Virus record (IMG/VR): IMGVR_UViG_3300028454_001166 | Span: 34,758-98,757 of that record | Direction: 5' to 3' (one strand) | Source: a virus | Lineage: Duplodnaviria > Caudoviricetes | Length of the DNA stretch: 64,000 bases | Part shown: positions 48,768-59,315 of the stretch, in pieces | Position numbering within the stretch: the first letter of the stretch is position 1 | Layout: every line of letters starts with the position of its first letter | Notes under the pieces: model-generated | Told to the model about the DNA's origin: nothing | Database searches by the model: none | The model's input: only the letters and a program-made list of their open reading frames with translations | Translations under genes and position numbers: made by a program

Positions 48768-49362
48768 AAAACCGATCCTGTTCGGCACAGAAATGGTATG
48801 TGCCATCCTCGACGGGCGGAAGACGCAGACACGGAGAGTTATCAAACCCCAGCCGTCTGATGGAAAAAAGCCGATGGTCGATCCGTTCTATGGAACATAT
48901 GGCTATGAAAGAGCGGATGAGAAACGGACCCCATACGCCATCGACGATATTCTTTGGGTGCGCGAGACATGGAAAAACGCAACCGGAGATCCGGCTGGTG
49001 GCGGGTATGCCCTTTTTGACACCTACATCTACAAAGCCGATGGACAAGCAAAGGTTGACTATCCGACAGATGAAATGCTGGTTGAAGACCGCTGGCGTCC
49101 CTCTATCTTTATGCCGAAGAGTGCCGCGCGGATTTTCCTCCGGGTGAAGAACGTGTGGGTCGAACGGCTACAGGACATCGATGCGATAGATTGTGTTGCC
49201 GAGGGATGCGATGCTGATATGCTATCCGGTGTTGGTCCGGAGTTTACACGCGGCGTTTTTAACGGGATATGGGACAGTACGATCAAGGAGAAAGATTTTC
49301 CGTTTTATAGCTGGGACGCAAACCCATGGGTATGGGTGCTTTCATTCGAAAGAATCCAATGA
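48760..49362 (+). CDS. ASCH/PUA-like phage protein
   Basis: KPILF..EMV.AILDGRKTQTRR, LWVRETW, WRPSIFMP, SWDANPWVWV. Confidence 0.75.
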   Translation: MAEKPILFGTEMVCAILDGRKTQTRRVIKPQPSDGKKPMVDPFYGTYGYERADEKRTPYAIDDILWVRETWKNATGDPAGGGYALFDTYIYKADGQAKVDYPTDEMLVEDRWRPSIFMPKSAARIFLRVKNVWVERLQDIDAIDCVAEGCDADMLSGVGPEFTRGVFNGIWDSTIKEKDFPFYSWDANPWVWVLSFERIQ

Positions 49363-49392
49363 AGAATCGGGTTTGAAATTGCAATGAGGAGG
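49361..49392 (+). repeat. 32-bp exact direct repeat, copy 1
   Basis: GAAGAATCGGGTTTGAAATTGCAATGAGGAGG, also at 50071-50102. Confidence 0.9.
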
Positions 49393-49398
49393 TGCGGG

Positions 49399-49737
49399 AT
49401 GACAAACCGTGAGGCGTTCGGAGTTTATTTGCGGTGCCAGTTAGAAATCGGCGTTCAAGCGGTGGAAAAACTGAGCGATTTCGTGTTCGTGGCTTGGGCG
49501 TTCGCAAACAAAGAAGCGGCCATCCGGGAGAAGATCAACGATGCTTTGACTTTCTTCTGGTACACGCAGGGCGGGAGGAAATACGGCAAGGGTATAGACA
49601 ATGTGGTCTTGTGGCTCGGTGCGGAATTCGACGGCGACATCGACGAATGCCGGAAGATATGGAGCGAATCGGACTGTAGCTGGGCTGAAGAGATCACAAA
49701 GGGTTTCGGGGAAATTAGAGGAGACAGCGATGATTGA
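49399..49737 (+). CDS. Hypothetical protein
   Basis: SD supplied by the repeat. Confidence 0.55.
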   Translation: MTNREAFGVYLRCQLEIGVQAVEKLSDFVFVAWAFANKEAAIREKINDALTFFWYTQGGRKYGKGIDNVVLWLGAEFDGDIDECRKIWSESDCSWAEEITKGFGEIRGDSDD

Positions 49738-50086
49738 GTTTGAAACTATGGCACAACCCAAAGCGCGAAAACAGCACAAATGCTATTTGTGCGGGTATCC
49801 GATTGTCTATGGTGAGCGCTATTTCCGCCATTCGGGAAAGTGTGACGGGGAGTTCTTCGATAACTGCTACCATGAGGAGTGTTCCGATCTGATAGAATCC
49901 TACTGCCGTGAGTTCATGGAAACAGAATGGGACCGTGATGCCATAAGTGAGTGGCTGAGTGACCGTTATTGCCGTGATTGTCGGCATGGAACAGAACAAG
50001 ACGATGATTGCGAAGTCTCTGTTCTCCTGTGTCGGTCGATCCGTGCAAAATACAGAGCAGAGCACAGACAGAAGAATCGGGTTTGA
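49730..50086 (+). CDS. Cys-rich hypothetical protein
   Basis: KARKQHKCYLCG..I..GE.Y. Confidence 0.6.
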   Translation: MIEFETMAQPKARKQHKCYLCGYPIVYGERYFRHSGKCDGEFFDNCYHEECSDLIESYCREFMETEWDRDAISEWLSDRYCRDCRHGTEQDDDCEVSVLLCRSIRAKYRAEHRQKNRV

Positions 50087-50102
50087 AATTGCAATGAGGA
50101 GG
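50071..50102 (+). repeat. 32-bp exact direct repeat, copy 2
   Basis: Identical to 49361-49392. Confidence 0.9.
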
Positions 50103-50106
50103 CTGG

Positions 50107-52981
50107 ATGAAACGAATAATCTGTGATCGGTGTAAGGTCGAATATGCACCTGCTCCGGATTGGACGCAAGTCCCGAAGTTTGAGTACCGGGTGCGTTACT
50201 ACTATTACGGCGGAGGAACGTATAGAGCCGCGACTTTGGACCTCTGCCAAGAATGCCAGAAAGATCTGGACGAGTTCATCAAGGCAAAAAGCAAAATCCA
50301 GAAAGGGGATAGCACAGATGATTGACACGGAATGGCTGAACGCGGCTATCGCCACGATCCAATCCGGGATAGCCGACAAGCTGACGAAGGGGAACGTCAC
50401 TGTTTACCGGGTGCTCAATATCATAAGAATCGACATCAACTTGGGGGCGGGAAAATGAATAAGTTGCTGGGTTTCCTAAAACGTTGTCAGCGGAATCGGA
50501 ACAAGCCGGATCTGCATTCATTCTGGATCGAGATAGACGGCGGCAGAGCGTATGTAGACTGTGACGGGGACGGTGTGTACATAGAGGCCCACACCTCTGC
50601 CGGGATAGCCCGTTGGCGAGGAAACCTCGTCGAAGCGGCTAACAGGCTATCCGATTCCGGGGCGGTCTTCGGATCCATCGATATGTGAAGTGAGGAGCTG
50701 AAAAAGATGAAAGGCAACGAAATCAAAGAGACAGATCGCAAACGATGGGAGAAAGCCGGAATGATCCCCGCTGCTTGTCGCTTTTGTGGGGAGATTATGC
50801 TTTTCCCGAAGGAAACCTATAAAACGGAGCAGTTAGCCGGATATGAGTGTGCGAACTGCAAGGCGCTTATGCGTATGTTCGGGAGAAGGTAAGCGGATGA
50901 GCGACTTTGTAAGCCGTCAATGGCTGATTGATGAATACCACCGGAGGCATCAAGGACCTCCGGGCGGTGCGCTGAAAATGATCGAAGAAGCTCCCGCCGC
51001 CGATGTGGAGCCGGTAGTTCATGGGTTCTGGTACTTACGAGGTGGACGCCCATGTTGCTCCGTGTGCAATACAAAGGCGCTTTGGAAAGACGAGGGCGGG
51101 ACTGGCGGGTTCTCACACGAATACGTCGGAGCCAAAAGCAAACGATGTCCGGAGTGCGGGGCCAGAATGGATAAGGGAGGAAAAACAGATGATAAAAATA
51201 CTGTGTGATAAGTGCGGGGCTGATTGCGACAGAGTTTCCTTTGCGGTGTCCGTTTCATTGATTCATAATCCGAGCCCTTTGTATGTAGGGGATACCGGCA
51301 ACCCCACGTTAACCGACGAACCCAATAAACATGTGCAGTTCATTCTTTGTCAAGATTGCTATACAAAGTTGGGGCTTCCGAACGTGTACTTACAACGCCC
51401 TAACAGCAAGCGTATCGCATGGCGAGAGACCGATGGGGACAGCGATGCCAAAGAGGTCAGTGATGCCGAATAACGAGTATGTTTTGCGGAGCGATGCGCT
51501 GAAAGCTGTCTGTGAGAACTGCTCTATGCACGGATCGGACGGAGAGCCTTGTTCGAGTAGATGCGAAGATTATGCGCTGGTTCAGAAGATCCCCGCTGCC
51601 GACGTGGAGCCTGTGAAGCACGGATATTGGGTTTATAAGATGCGGGAGCGAAACAAATGCGAGTTTGTGTCCGGCTTTGATCACTTGGGGGATTGGCACA
51701 CTATAACCGTGATTACTCATGTCAAAGGGCCTGTTCCTTATTGTGGATTGTGTGGTGCGCTGGCTGCGGAAAGTTTTCTGGATCATTGCCCGAGGTGCGG
51801 CGCGAAGATGGACACCGAACCGCCGAAGGAGGAAGATAATGCTGATTAAATTCACAGGTAACACTCCGGATAATTTGGCCGCATATATCAATCCCGCATA
51901 TGTATCTGCTGTATTGCCACGGCGCAATATATTAACAGGGGAAGTCCTTGATGGAACTTCAATCTATTTGGTAGGCGATGAAAGACCCATACATGTGAAG
52001 GAAGAGGTGGAAGAGGTCGTTGATACGATATTGAAAAGCACTATGGTGACATTCCTTGTTCCGGATCCGCCAAAGGAGGACTAAATAAATGACAGTTTGT
52101 GACCGATGCAGAAAAGAACTCCATGATCGGGTAGTTATTCGTAGGTGCATAAGAATATTCGGGAATATCATTTTTAGCGAAGACGGTATTTTGTGTAAGG
52201 AGTGCTGGAACGATTTCAAGCGGTTCATAACGCCGATTACTACAAAGCCGTCGAAGGAGAAGGACGATGAAAAAGCAGATTGATATAGAAGACAGCATAG
52301 GTATTATTCAGAAGGTTGCCAACAACGGGAAAATGCTGTGGGAACTCCATGAGGGAGAAGTGGTTTCGATCACATACAACCGCTATTCAGGGCGGCGAGT
52401 TAAGGCGAGGGGTTTTTATACCTTTGATGACGACGCTATAACCGACATCGAAAACAATACCGCGTGGTTGAAAGAATCCCCCGCATTGACACTTGTAAAT
52501 GAACCGTTTATCCTGACGGACGAGCTGAGACAGCGAGCGAACCGGTGGATCGAAACTCAGAACGCAAGAGGTGATGACGATGCCTGAACGCCTGAAACGC
52601 GTGTACGCATTCCAATGCCCGCATTGTGGCCGAGAGATCAAATACAACCGAAACTACTACGACAAGAAGATAGCTGAGCTGAAAGCGTCCATCACGAGCA
52701 TCCATGCCCAACTGACGGAGCATAAAGACGACGGGGATCCTGATTGGAAGAAACGGTGCGTTGCGGCAAAGGGAGCTATGGAACAGCAGCTCGCAGAGCT
52801 GAAGAGTTTCCGGGCCGAGGCTAATGTGCTCGTGAAAGAACGAATTGATGATGCTTTCAAAGGGGTGGTAAAAGAGAAGATAGGAGAGGAAAACTACATC
52901 AAGTGGATGCAGGAGGCCGAACAGCGGATTGAGTACGCCGATACCAAGGAGCTGATGCGACATGACGGGGGAGGCGTTTGA
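50107..52981 (+). other. Run of small coupled genes, many zinc-ribbon (50107-50325, 50318-50458, 50455-50688, 50707-50892, 50897-51208, 51189-51473, 51463-51849, 51839-52084, 52089-52283, 52267-52587, 52571-52981)
   Basis: Overlapping stop/start with SDs; CxxC pairs; two PAADVEPV.HG.W paralogues; three CD[RK]C paralogues. Confidence 0.65.
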
Positions 52982-52982
52982 A

Positions 52983-53408
52983 ATGCCTGATCGAGAAAAA
53001 ACGATAAAGGGCTTAGAGCATTGCACGAGGTTGTTTGATTGCAACGGATGCCCGTATTTTTCCAAAGGAATTGATCAGAAGACTTGTATGCTACGAAATG
53101 GAAAAGACGCCCTTGCCCTGCTAAAAGCGCTGGAGCCGCGGTTGCTGACGCTCGAAGAAGTGCTGAATGCTGACGATTTTGTGTGGGCTGAAATTTATAC
53201 TCCTAAAAAATGGAGTTGGTGCGTTGTCTATGCCAAGATCAGTCCGCTTGTAGGTAACGATGAGATTGTGTTAATCGAAGAGGACTGCGGAACCGGGTGG
53301 GCGAGGAACAAGGCGGAATACGGCAAGCGTGGATTCCTTGATGGCGGCTGGCGGTGCTGGTCTGTGCGGCCTACGGAGGATCAGAGGAGAAATGAACCGT
53401 GGCAATAA
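52983..53408 (+). CDS. Hypothetical protein, WRCW paralogue family
   Basis: MPDREK...DALALLK..EPRLLTLEEV...WRCWSVRPT. Confidence 0.6.
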   Translation: MPDREKTIKGLEHCTRLFDCNGCPYFSKGIDQKTCMLRNGKDALALLKALEPRLLTLEEVLNADDFVWAEIYTPKKWSWCVVYAKISPLVGNDEIVLIEEDCGTGWARNKAEYGKRGFLDGGWRCWSVRPTEDQRRNEPWQ

Positions 53409-54019
53409 ACGATTTAACCGGGAGCGTATTTGGAAGATGGACGGTCATTAAACCAAGTACAAAAACATCTTACTTTGTTTGTGAATGTTCATGTGGAATT
53501 ATCAAGGATGTTCGGAGAGACCATCTTTTGAGTGGTAAGTCCAAATCATGTGGCTGTTTGGTAAAAGAAGGTCATTCGCGGATTTATAAAGGGAGACCTG
53601 ATCGGCGGTCGCTCAATCGTGTGTACGGTTGTATGATTGGTAGATGTTATAATACTAAATCCGATTCATATGCTTATTATGGCGGCAGAGGAATAACGGT
53701 ATGTGATGAGTGGAAAGAATCATTTGATGTATTTGCTGAATGGGCATATGAAAATGGGTATAAAACAGGATTAACTATTGATAGAATCGACAATAATAAG
53801 GGATATTATCCAGAAAACTGTAGAATTGTTACCAAGCAGGAACAGAACAACAACAAAAGGAACAATGTAGTTTTGTTAATTGATGGTGTCCGATATACTG
53901 TAACTCAAGCGGCGAACAAAGCCGGGATAAAACCTTCAACAGTATTTAATTGGATATATCGAGGGGCAACGAAAAATGAGGTGATTTCAAAACTAAAGGC
54001 GGTGAAGTGGGATGCCTGA
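53399..54019 (+). CDS. HNH-type homing endonuclease
   Basis: DLTG..FGRWTV, CECSCG, YGGRGITVCDEW, LTIDRIDNNKGYYPENCR; visibly AT-richer than neighbours. Confidence 0.8.
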   Translation: MAINDLTGSVFGRWTVIKPSTKTSYFVCECSCGIIKDVRRDHLLSGKSKSCGCLVKEGHSRIYKGRPDRRSLNRVYGCMIGRCYNTKSDSYAYYGGRGITVCDEWKESFDVFAEWAYENGYKTGLTIDRIDNNKGYYPENCRIVTKQEQNNNKRNNVVLLIDGVRYTVTQAANKAGIKPSTVFNWIYRGATKNEVISKLKAVKWDA

Positions 54020-54392
54020 GCGGAAAAAGGTGATGTTAGAAATCGAAAAAGCTATCAATGAAGCTGACAGCACGGCGGCGTTTGCGCTTATACTGACGCA
54101 CACGTTGAGGGACGCCCTCGCCCTGCTGAAGGGGCAGGAGGCGCGGGTAGTCAATGTTGGCGACTTCTACGGTGGAGAATTTGGCTATCTTGAATACAGG
54201 TCGGACAGACCGAGCTTCTCAAATTTTGAGCCAAGTCCCGTGCTGATAGGTGACATCGACGAGGAAAACGTCACTGTTATATTCCGTAGTGCTTCGGTAC
54301 AAAAGCTACAGTTGGACAGGATGAACAAAAACTGGCGTATATGGAGCGAATATCCGACGCATGAGTTGTTAAGGACGGTGAAGTGGGAATGA
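54012..54392 (+). CDS. Hypothetical protein, WRCW paralogue family
   Basis: DALALLK.QE.R...WRIWSEYPT. Confidence 0.6.
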   Translation: MPERKKVMLEIEKAINEADSTAAFALILTHTLRDALALLKGQEARVVNVGDFYGGEFGYLEYRSDRPSFSNFEPSPVLIGDIDEENVTVIFRSASVQKLQLDRMNKNWRIWSEYPTHELLRTVKWE

Positions 54393-54862
54393 GGATCACA
54401 CCAGAAATGATGGTCGAAGACGAACAACGATGGCATGCCCGAGACGTGATCACGGAACTCGGCTATTGCGGAAGTTACATGCGTGACCGAAAAGACATGA
54501 CAAACCTTGACATTCGGTTTTATGCCTACCTCATGCGCAAGGCGCACGATATGCTGAAGGAGCAGGAGCCAAGGGTGATGACGCTCGAAGAGGTGTGTAA
54601 TCTGAAATATGACGATGTTGTCTACTATCAAGGGATCAATACGAATTCCGTGGAGAGCGCTATTGTTCTTCACGGGGAAAAAATGGTTCCAGAGGTAAAC
54701 ACAAGAGTTGTCCAGTTTAGACACGCTGACGGAACTGGTGGATGGAACGGTATCAATAATGCCGATCTGAATGGGTACGGTAAAAAATGGCGGTGCTGGT
54801 CTGCCCGTCCGTCAGAACGGCAGATGCGGGACACGCCATGGGAAGGAGAGAATGATGCCTGA
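54389..54862 (+). CDS. Hypothetical protein, WRCW paralogue family
   Basis: LKEQEPRVMTLEEV...YGKKWRCWSARPS. Confidence 0.6.
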   Translation: MRITPEMMVEDEQRWHARDVITELGYCGSYMRDRKDMTNLDIRFYAYLMRKAHDMLKEQEPRVMTLEEVCNLKYDDVVYYQGINTNSVESAIVLHGEKMVPEVNTRVVQFRHADGTGGWNGINNADLNGYGKKWRCWSARPSERQMRDTPWEGENDA

Positions 54863-55109
54863 ATATCATCTTGGGGTTTCCCCGATTACCAACACGATCT
54901 ACGCCGGGACGCTAAACAAGGCGAAGACGATGTGGCTGAACAAAAGTGACGTTACCGATGAAGCGGTCGCCTGTGTTCGGGACCATCTGAAACGACTCGC
55001 AGACGACGAACCGGATTCCAAATTCGGGTACGAGTGGGATCTGAAAGACGGAGGAAAAGTTCAGCTGCTTGTTAAGATTTTACCGAAGGAGGAGACCGAA
55101 AATGCCTGA
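54852..55109 (+). CDS. Hypothetical protein
   Basis: SPITNTIYAG...K.DVTDEA. Confidence 0.55.
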   Translation: MMPEYHLGVSPITNTIYAGTLNKAKTMWLNKSDVTDEAVACVRDHLKRLADDEPDSKFGYEWDLKDGGKVQLLVKILPKEETENA

Positions 55110-55461
55110 TATCAAGCGAACCATAGACCAGATGAAGAGGCTCGAAGAAACGGTTGGAGACTCCACCATGCAGGGGGCCGGTCAGGTTCTCCGGGATGCC
55201 ATTGCGCTTTTGGAGGCGTATCAGAAGGTTCCGAAATGGACCCCGGTAACGGAAGGCCTCCCGCCTCAGTTTGAGGTTGTCTGGGCCACGGATGGCGAAG
55301 ATGTCGGCCTTGCAGCTCTGCAGGGATTCTGCAATGACGAGCCACTGTGGACCGGTGTCTGGAATTTAGACTATCTGGATGATCCGGACGATGAAGACTA
55401 CCTCCCCATCATCAAATGGAAGCCGCTCGAAACGCTCCCGGATCCGAAAGGGGGTGAATGA
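55102..55461 (+). CDS. DUF551-like protein
   Basis: WTPVTEGLP...ATDG...IKWKPL. Confidence 0.55.
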   Translation: MPDIKRTIDQMKRLEETVGDSTMQGAGQVLRDAIALLEAYQKVPKWTPVTEGLPPQFEVVWATDGEDVGLAALQGFCNDEPLWTGVWNLDYLDDPDDEDYLPIIKWKPLETLPDPKGGE

Positions 55462-55523
55462 GTCCGTTTTACCCACGAAGCCAAGAGTCAATCAAACCGA
55501 AAATGCAAGAAAGGAAATATCAC

Positions 55524-57575
55524 ATGAGGTTTCACGAATTCAAAGAACAGCTTGCCAGCCATTTTGCGGCGGCTGTAGGAAACGGCTATCTGTACGAGAC
55601 TGATGCCGACAAAGATAGGCTGTGGGAGATTTATCTTTCCAGCTTCCCGAGCGGATCCAACCCGATCTACCGCGTCCGGACGGAGCATGATTGTTCCTGT
55701 TGCCGCCATTTCATCAAGGAAATCGGTCGAACCGTGATCATCGACAAGGATCTGAATGTTCACAGCATCTTCGACTTTGAGGCTGGGGATGCGAACTATC
55801 AGGCCGTGCTTGATGCTATGCGGGATTATGTCCAGTCCTGCACGATTGTCGGGGTTTACCTGTCCCCTACTGCTACGGTAGGAACCCCGCGTACACAGGA
55901 GAGATCTGAAAGCGGGACGATCATCACCTACGAGCACTACAGCTTGGCTCTTCCCGCCCGTCTTGTACACCGTTCGAACAGAACCATCGACACCGACAAA
56001 GGCCAGTTCCGGGACACCCGTAACGTGTTCAAGCGGTCGTTGACCGAAATAACGGCGGAGGCTATCGAAACCGTTCTGGAGCTGATTCGGTCGAACACCC
56101 TGTACAAGGGCGCAGAATGGGAAAAGCAGATCAACGACCTGCTGAACTGTAAGCGGGAATTCGATTCCCTTACTAACGCGAAGAAGGACGCCTATTGCTG
56201 GGCTAAAGCCAGTGAGGTTGGTCCGGTTCTCGGCAGAATCCGCAATCACAGCATCGGCAAGTTACTGACCGATATTTCCGAGGGGGTGGACCTCGACGCG
56301 GCAGTCAGGGCATACGAGCTGATTGTTGCGCCGACGAACTATAAACGCCCGAAAGCGATCTACACCCAGAAGATGCTGGAAGAGGCCCAGAAGACGGTCG
56401 TCGAAATGGGCTACATGGATTCTCTCACCAGACGCTATGCGACCCTCGACGATATTACCGTCAACAACATCCTCTTTTCCAACCGGGATTCGGCAAAGCG
56501 GATCGGCGGGAGCGTGTTTGATGAGATGAAGTCCAGCATCCCGTTTGATCCGAAGAAGTTCAACCGCTTCGAAGAAATCGGGATAGAGAAATTCGTGGCC
56601 GATGTTCTCCCGACTGCAACCGAGGTGGAAGCCTTCGTCGAAAACCGTCACGCTTCCAACTTTGTGTCTTTGATCGCCCCGGTCAACCGGGAGGCTAAGT
56701 CCATGTTCAAATGGGATAACGGGTTCTCGTGGGCATACGCCGGGAACTTGACGGACAGCGATATTCGGGAAAACGTCAAAAATGCCGGAGGCCGCGTGGA
56801 CGGCGTTCTGCGGTTCAGCATCCAGTGGAACGACGAAATAGAGTGGAACCGAAACGATCTCGATGCGCATTGCCGGGAACCCAATGGGTATGAGATTTTC
56901 TATATACGGAAGCGGGACGAATCGTCCGGGGGTAACCTTGATGTAGACATCATCAATCCCCAGAAGAACGTTCCGGCTGTGGAAAACATAACCTTCCCCA
57001 CAAAAAACAAGATGAAGCCCGGACGGTATGAATTCTTCGTCCACTGTTTCAGCAACCGGGGAGGATCGGATGGGTTCAAGGCAGAAATCGAGTTTGACGG
57101 TCAGATTTACCGCTTTGAATATAGGAAGCCCATACGCCAGAACGAGAATGTTCCCGTTGCCACTGTTCTTCTGGATGAAAACAGAGAGTTCCGGATGGTA
57201 GAGGCTCTTCCCAGCTCTGATGTTTCCGGGAGGGAGATCTGGAATGTTAAGACCCATACCTTTACCCCTGTGTCCGTTGTGATGCACTCCCCTAATTATT
57301 GGGACGACCAGCAGGGGATCGGTCATAAACACTACTTCTTCATGCTCAAGGGGTGCATAAATCCCGAGAATCCGAATGGGTTCTACAACGAGTTCTTGAA
57401 GTCTGAACTTATCGATCATAAGCGGGTGTTTGAAGCACTCGGGTCAAGAATGGCTGTCGCTCCCTCTGACGATCAGTTATCCGGCGTCGGATTCAGTTCT
57501 ACGAAACGAAATGACCTGATCGTGAAGGTTCGCGGAAACAGCGGCATGGAACGTGTTATGAAAATCAAATTCTAA
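55524..57575 (+). CDS. Large phage protein with a YfaP/DUF2135-like domain
   Basis: EHDCSCCRHF; LRFSIQW..NDLDAH..EP.G...GG.LDVD...VENITF. Confidence 0.65.
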   Translation: MRFHEFKEQLASHFAAAVGNGYLYETDADKDRLWEIYLSSFPSGSNPIYRVRTEHDCSCCRHFIKEIGRTVIIDKDLNVHSIFDFEAGDANYQAVLDAMRDYVQSCTIVGVYLSPTATVGTPRTQERSESGTIITYEHYSLALPARLVHRSNRTIDTDKGQFRDTRNVFKRSLTEITAEAIETVLELIRSNTLYKGAEWEKQINDLLNCKREFDSLTNAKKDAYCWAKASEVGPVLGRIRNHSIGKLLTDISEGVDLDAAVRAYELIVAPTNYKRPKAIYTQKMLEEAQKTVVEMGYMDSLTRRYATLDDITVNNILFSNRDSAKRIGGSVFDEMKSSIPFDPKKFNRFEEIGIEKFVADVLPTATEVEAFVENRHASNFVSLIAPVNREAKSMFKWDNGFSWAYAGNLTDSDIRENVKNAGGRVDGVLRFSIQWNDEIEWNRNDLDAHCREPNGYEIFYIRKRDESSGGNLDVDIINPQKNVPAVENITFPTKNKMKPGRYEFFVHCFSNRGGSDGFKAEIEFDGQIYRFEYRKPIRQNENVPVATVLLDENREFRMVEALPSSDVSGREIWNVKTHTFTPVSVVMHSPNYWDDQQGIGHKHYFFMLKGCINPENPNGFYNEFLKSELIDHKRVFEALGSRMAVAPSDDQLSGVGFSSTKRNDLIVKVRGNSGMERVMKIKF

Positions 57576-57594
57576 AGCCAAGGAGGATACATCA

Positions 57595-57972
57595 ATGGCT
57601 AACCTGTTCGAAATCGCATCTAAAAAGAAGTACCGCTTCCCCTACAAGGGACCCATCGGTACGGAGGATCTGTGGGATTTGGCCCCCGCCCAGCTTGACA
57701 GTGTCTACAAGGTCCTGAATAAGACGGTGAAGGCGCAGGGCGAGGACAGCCTCATGGACAATTCCGGTGTGGACGAAGACCTGAAAAACCAGATCGAGAT
57801 CGTCAGGTACATCTACACCGTGAAGAAGGAGGAGGCCGCGGCGAAGAAGACCGAGGCCGAAAATAAAGAGAAGAAGAAGATCGTCATGGAGATTCTCGCG
57901 GAAAAGCAGAACGCCGCCCTTCGGAATATGTCCGAGGAGGATCTCCAGAAGATGCTGGAGGAATTGAATTGA
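57595..57972 (+). CDS. Coiled-coil protein, likely partner of the upstream gene
   Basis: NLFEIAS..KYRF..KG....EDLWDL. Confidence 0.65.
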   Translation: MANLFEIASKKKYRFPYKGPIGTEDLWDLAPAQLDSVYKVLNKTVKAQGEDSLMDNSGVDEDLKNQIEIVRYIYTVKKEEAAAKKTEAENKEKKKIVMEILAEKQNAALRNMSEEDLQKMLEELN

Positions 57973-58046
57973 TCTTGGGCTTCCTCGAAGCCCGCGCCTT
58001 CACAACCGGGCGCGGGCTTCGGCCCGTATATAAAAGGAGGAAAGCC

Positions 58047-58460
58047 GTGAAAGATGCAGATAGAAGACGTAAGTATTATGAAGCGGAGTATGCCAAGGCC
58101 TACCGTCGCAAAGCCGCGGGGCTGTGTGTGTCGTGCGGTGGACCGGTTACCGGGGTAAACCCTTCAACGGGGAAAGCCTACGTCAATTGCACCGCTTGCC
58201 GGGCCGAGAAGTTAGCACGAAAAAAGATGCGAGCTGAGGAAAGTCGCATTGAGGCCGGGCGTACCACCTACCGGCAATACCGGGCGACGAATCCGAATGA
58301 TGATCCTATCGAAGGGGATGCTCAGGAGATTGCACAGCTTCTTGGGTTATCCGTGATCTACGTTCGGGCCTTAGCCCGCAGTCACAAAACTACGAGACGT
58401 GGTTGGTCGATAGTTCAGATAGGAGGGTCGGATGAAAGCAAGAGTTCCCTCTCGGTATGA
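58047..58460 (+). CDS. Zinc-finger/HTH hypothetical protein
   Basis: AAGGAGG then GTG; GLCVSCG...CTAC; preceded by a 12-bp hairpin at 57987-58020. Confidence 0.55.
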   Translation: MKDADRRRKYYEAEYAKAYRRKAAGLCVSCGGPVTGVNPSTGKAYVNCTACRAEKLARKKMRAEESRIEAGRTTYRQYRATNPNDDPIEGDAQEIAQLLGLSVIYVRALARSHKTTRRGWSIVQIGGSDESKSSLSV

Positions 58461-58866
58461 AAAAGAACTGCGAAAGGAAGCGGATAAGGTGTTGACAGAA
58501 ATGGCGAAGCAAACGAAAGCGGCCCTCGCAGCGGAGGTGGAAACCGAGCTCAAGGCACGCGTTGAGGCGGCGAACAAGGCCTATGAGTTGGAACTTGATG
58601 CGCTGGTGCTGTGGACGCTCCATGCGCGGTTTGGGTTCGGTTACAAGCGCCTGTCGGCCTTCTATGAGGCCCTGTTTCAAGAGCGGCAGGAGTTGCACAA
58701 TCGGTATCTGCCAGCTGCGCCGGATTACAGCGACAACGGGGTTGAGTCCGGGGTGGCGTACCATCGGCTTCGGGATTTCGGGTACGATGTGAAGACCCAT
58801 TTTGCCGAATTGAACGCAAAGTACCCGATCCAGACTTTTCCGGAAAATGAAAAAACGGAGGGGTGA
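58432..58866 (+). CDS. Hypothetical phage protein
   Basis: LWTLHARFGFGYKRL. Confidence 0.6.
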   Translation: MKARVPSRYEKELRKEADKVLTEMAKQTKAALAAEVETELKARVEAANKAYELELDALVLWTLHARFGFGYKRLSAFYEALFQERQELHNRYLPAAPDYSDNGVESGVAYHRLRDFGYDVKTHFAELNAKYPIQTFPENEKTEG

Positions 58867-58883
58867 AATACCCCTTCCGTTTT
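58852..58883. terminator. Bidirectional terminator between convergent genes
   Basis: AAAACGGAGGGGT-GAAAT-ACCCCTTCCGTTTT. Confidence 0.75.
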
Positions 58884-58889
58884 CACGGG

Positions 58890-59111
58890 TTACAGTTCGG
58901 ATGAATCCAAAGCATCCGGGCGGTATTCATCCGCCGCGATTCTGGCCCGGACCGCTTGCGCTACCAGATCCGTGATGGATCGGTATTTTTCCGGGTACTT
59001 GGCGACGTGATCGGCCATCTCAGCCTTTAGTCCTTTGGGTAAGGCGAGGCTCATTCTATCATAATGATCGTTGATGAAGGCGTTTGCCTTCCGGGAGGCT
59101 TCTCCTGCCAT
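58890..59111 (-). CDS. Ribbon-helix-helix (Arc/MetJ-like) regulator
   Basis: KAN.F...HYDRMSLALPKGLK...SITDLVAQAV; AAGGAG SD; minus-strand TTGTAA-N17-TACACT at 59173-59145. Confidence 0.7.
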   Translation of the reverse strand: MAGEASRKANAFINDHYDRMSLALPKGLKAEMADHVAKYPEKYRSITDLVAQAVRARIAADEYRPDALDSSEL

Positions 59112-59231
59112 GTTCGGCTCCTTTTTACACAAAAGTTTACTTATAGTGTAACACATTCCGGCTGTTCTTACAAGAGGCAACTTGCACAATTTCTACCTGT
59201 ACGTTTGTGTAGTATATGTTCCGAAAAAGGC

Positions 59232-59260
59232 TTGATATTCTGCAAGAGTAGAGGTAGTAT
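59232..59260 (+). promoter_or_regulatory. Repeated promoter, copy 1
   Basis: TTGATA-TTCTGCAAGAGTAGAGG-TAGTAT. Confidence 0.8.
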
Positions 59261-59315
59261 GTAGGCACAACCGAAGAACGAAACCTAATAGAGCACAATG
59301 CTAAAGGAGGCAAAC

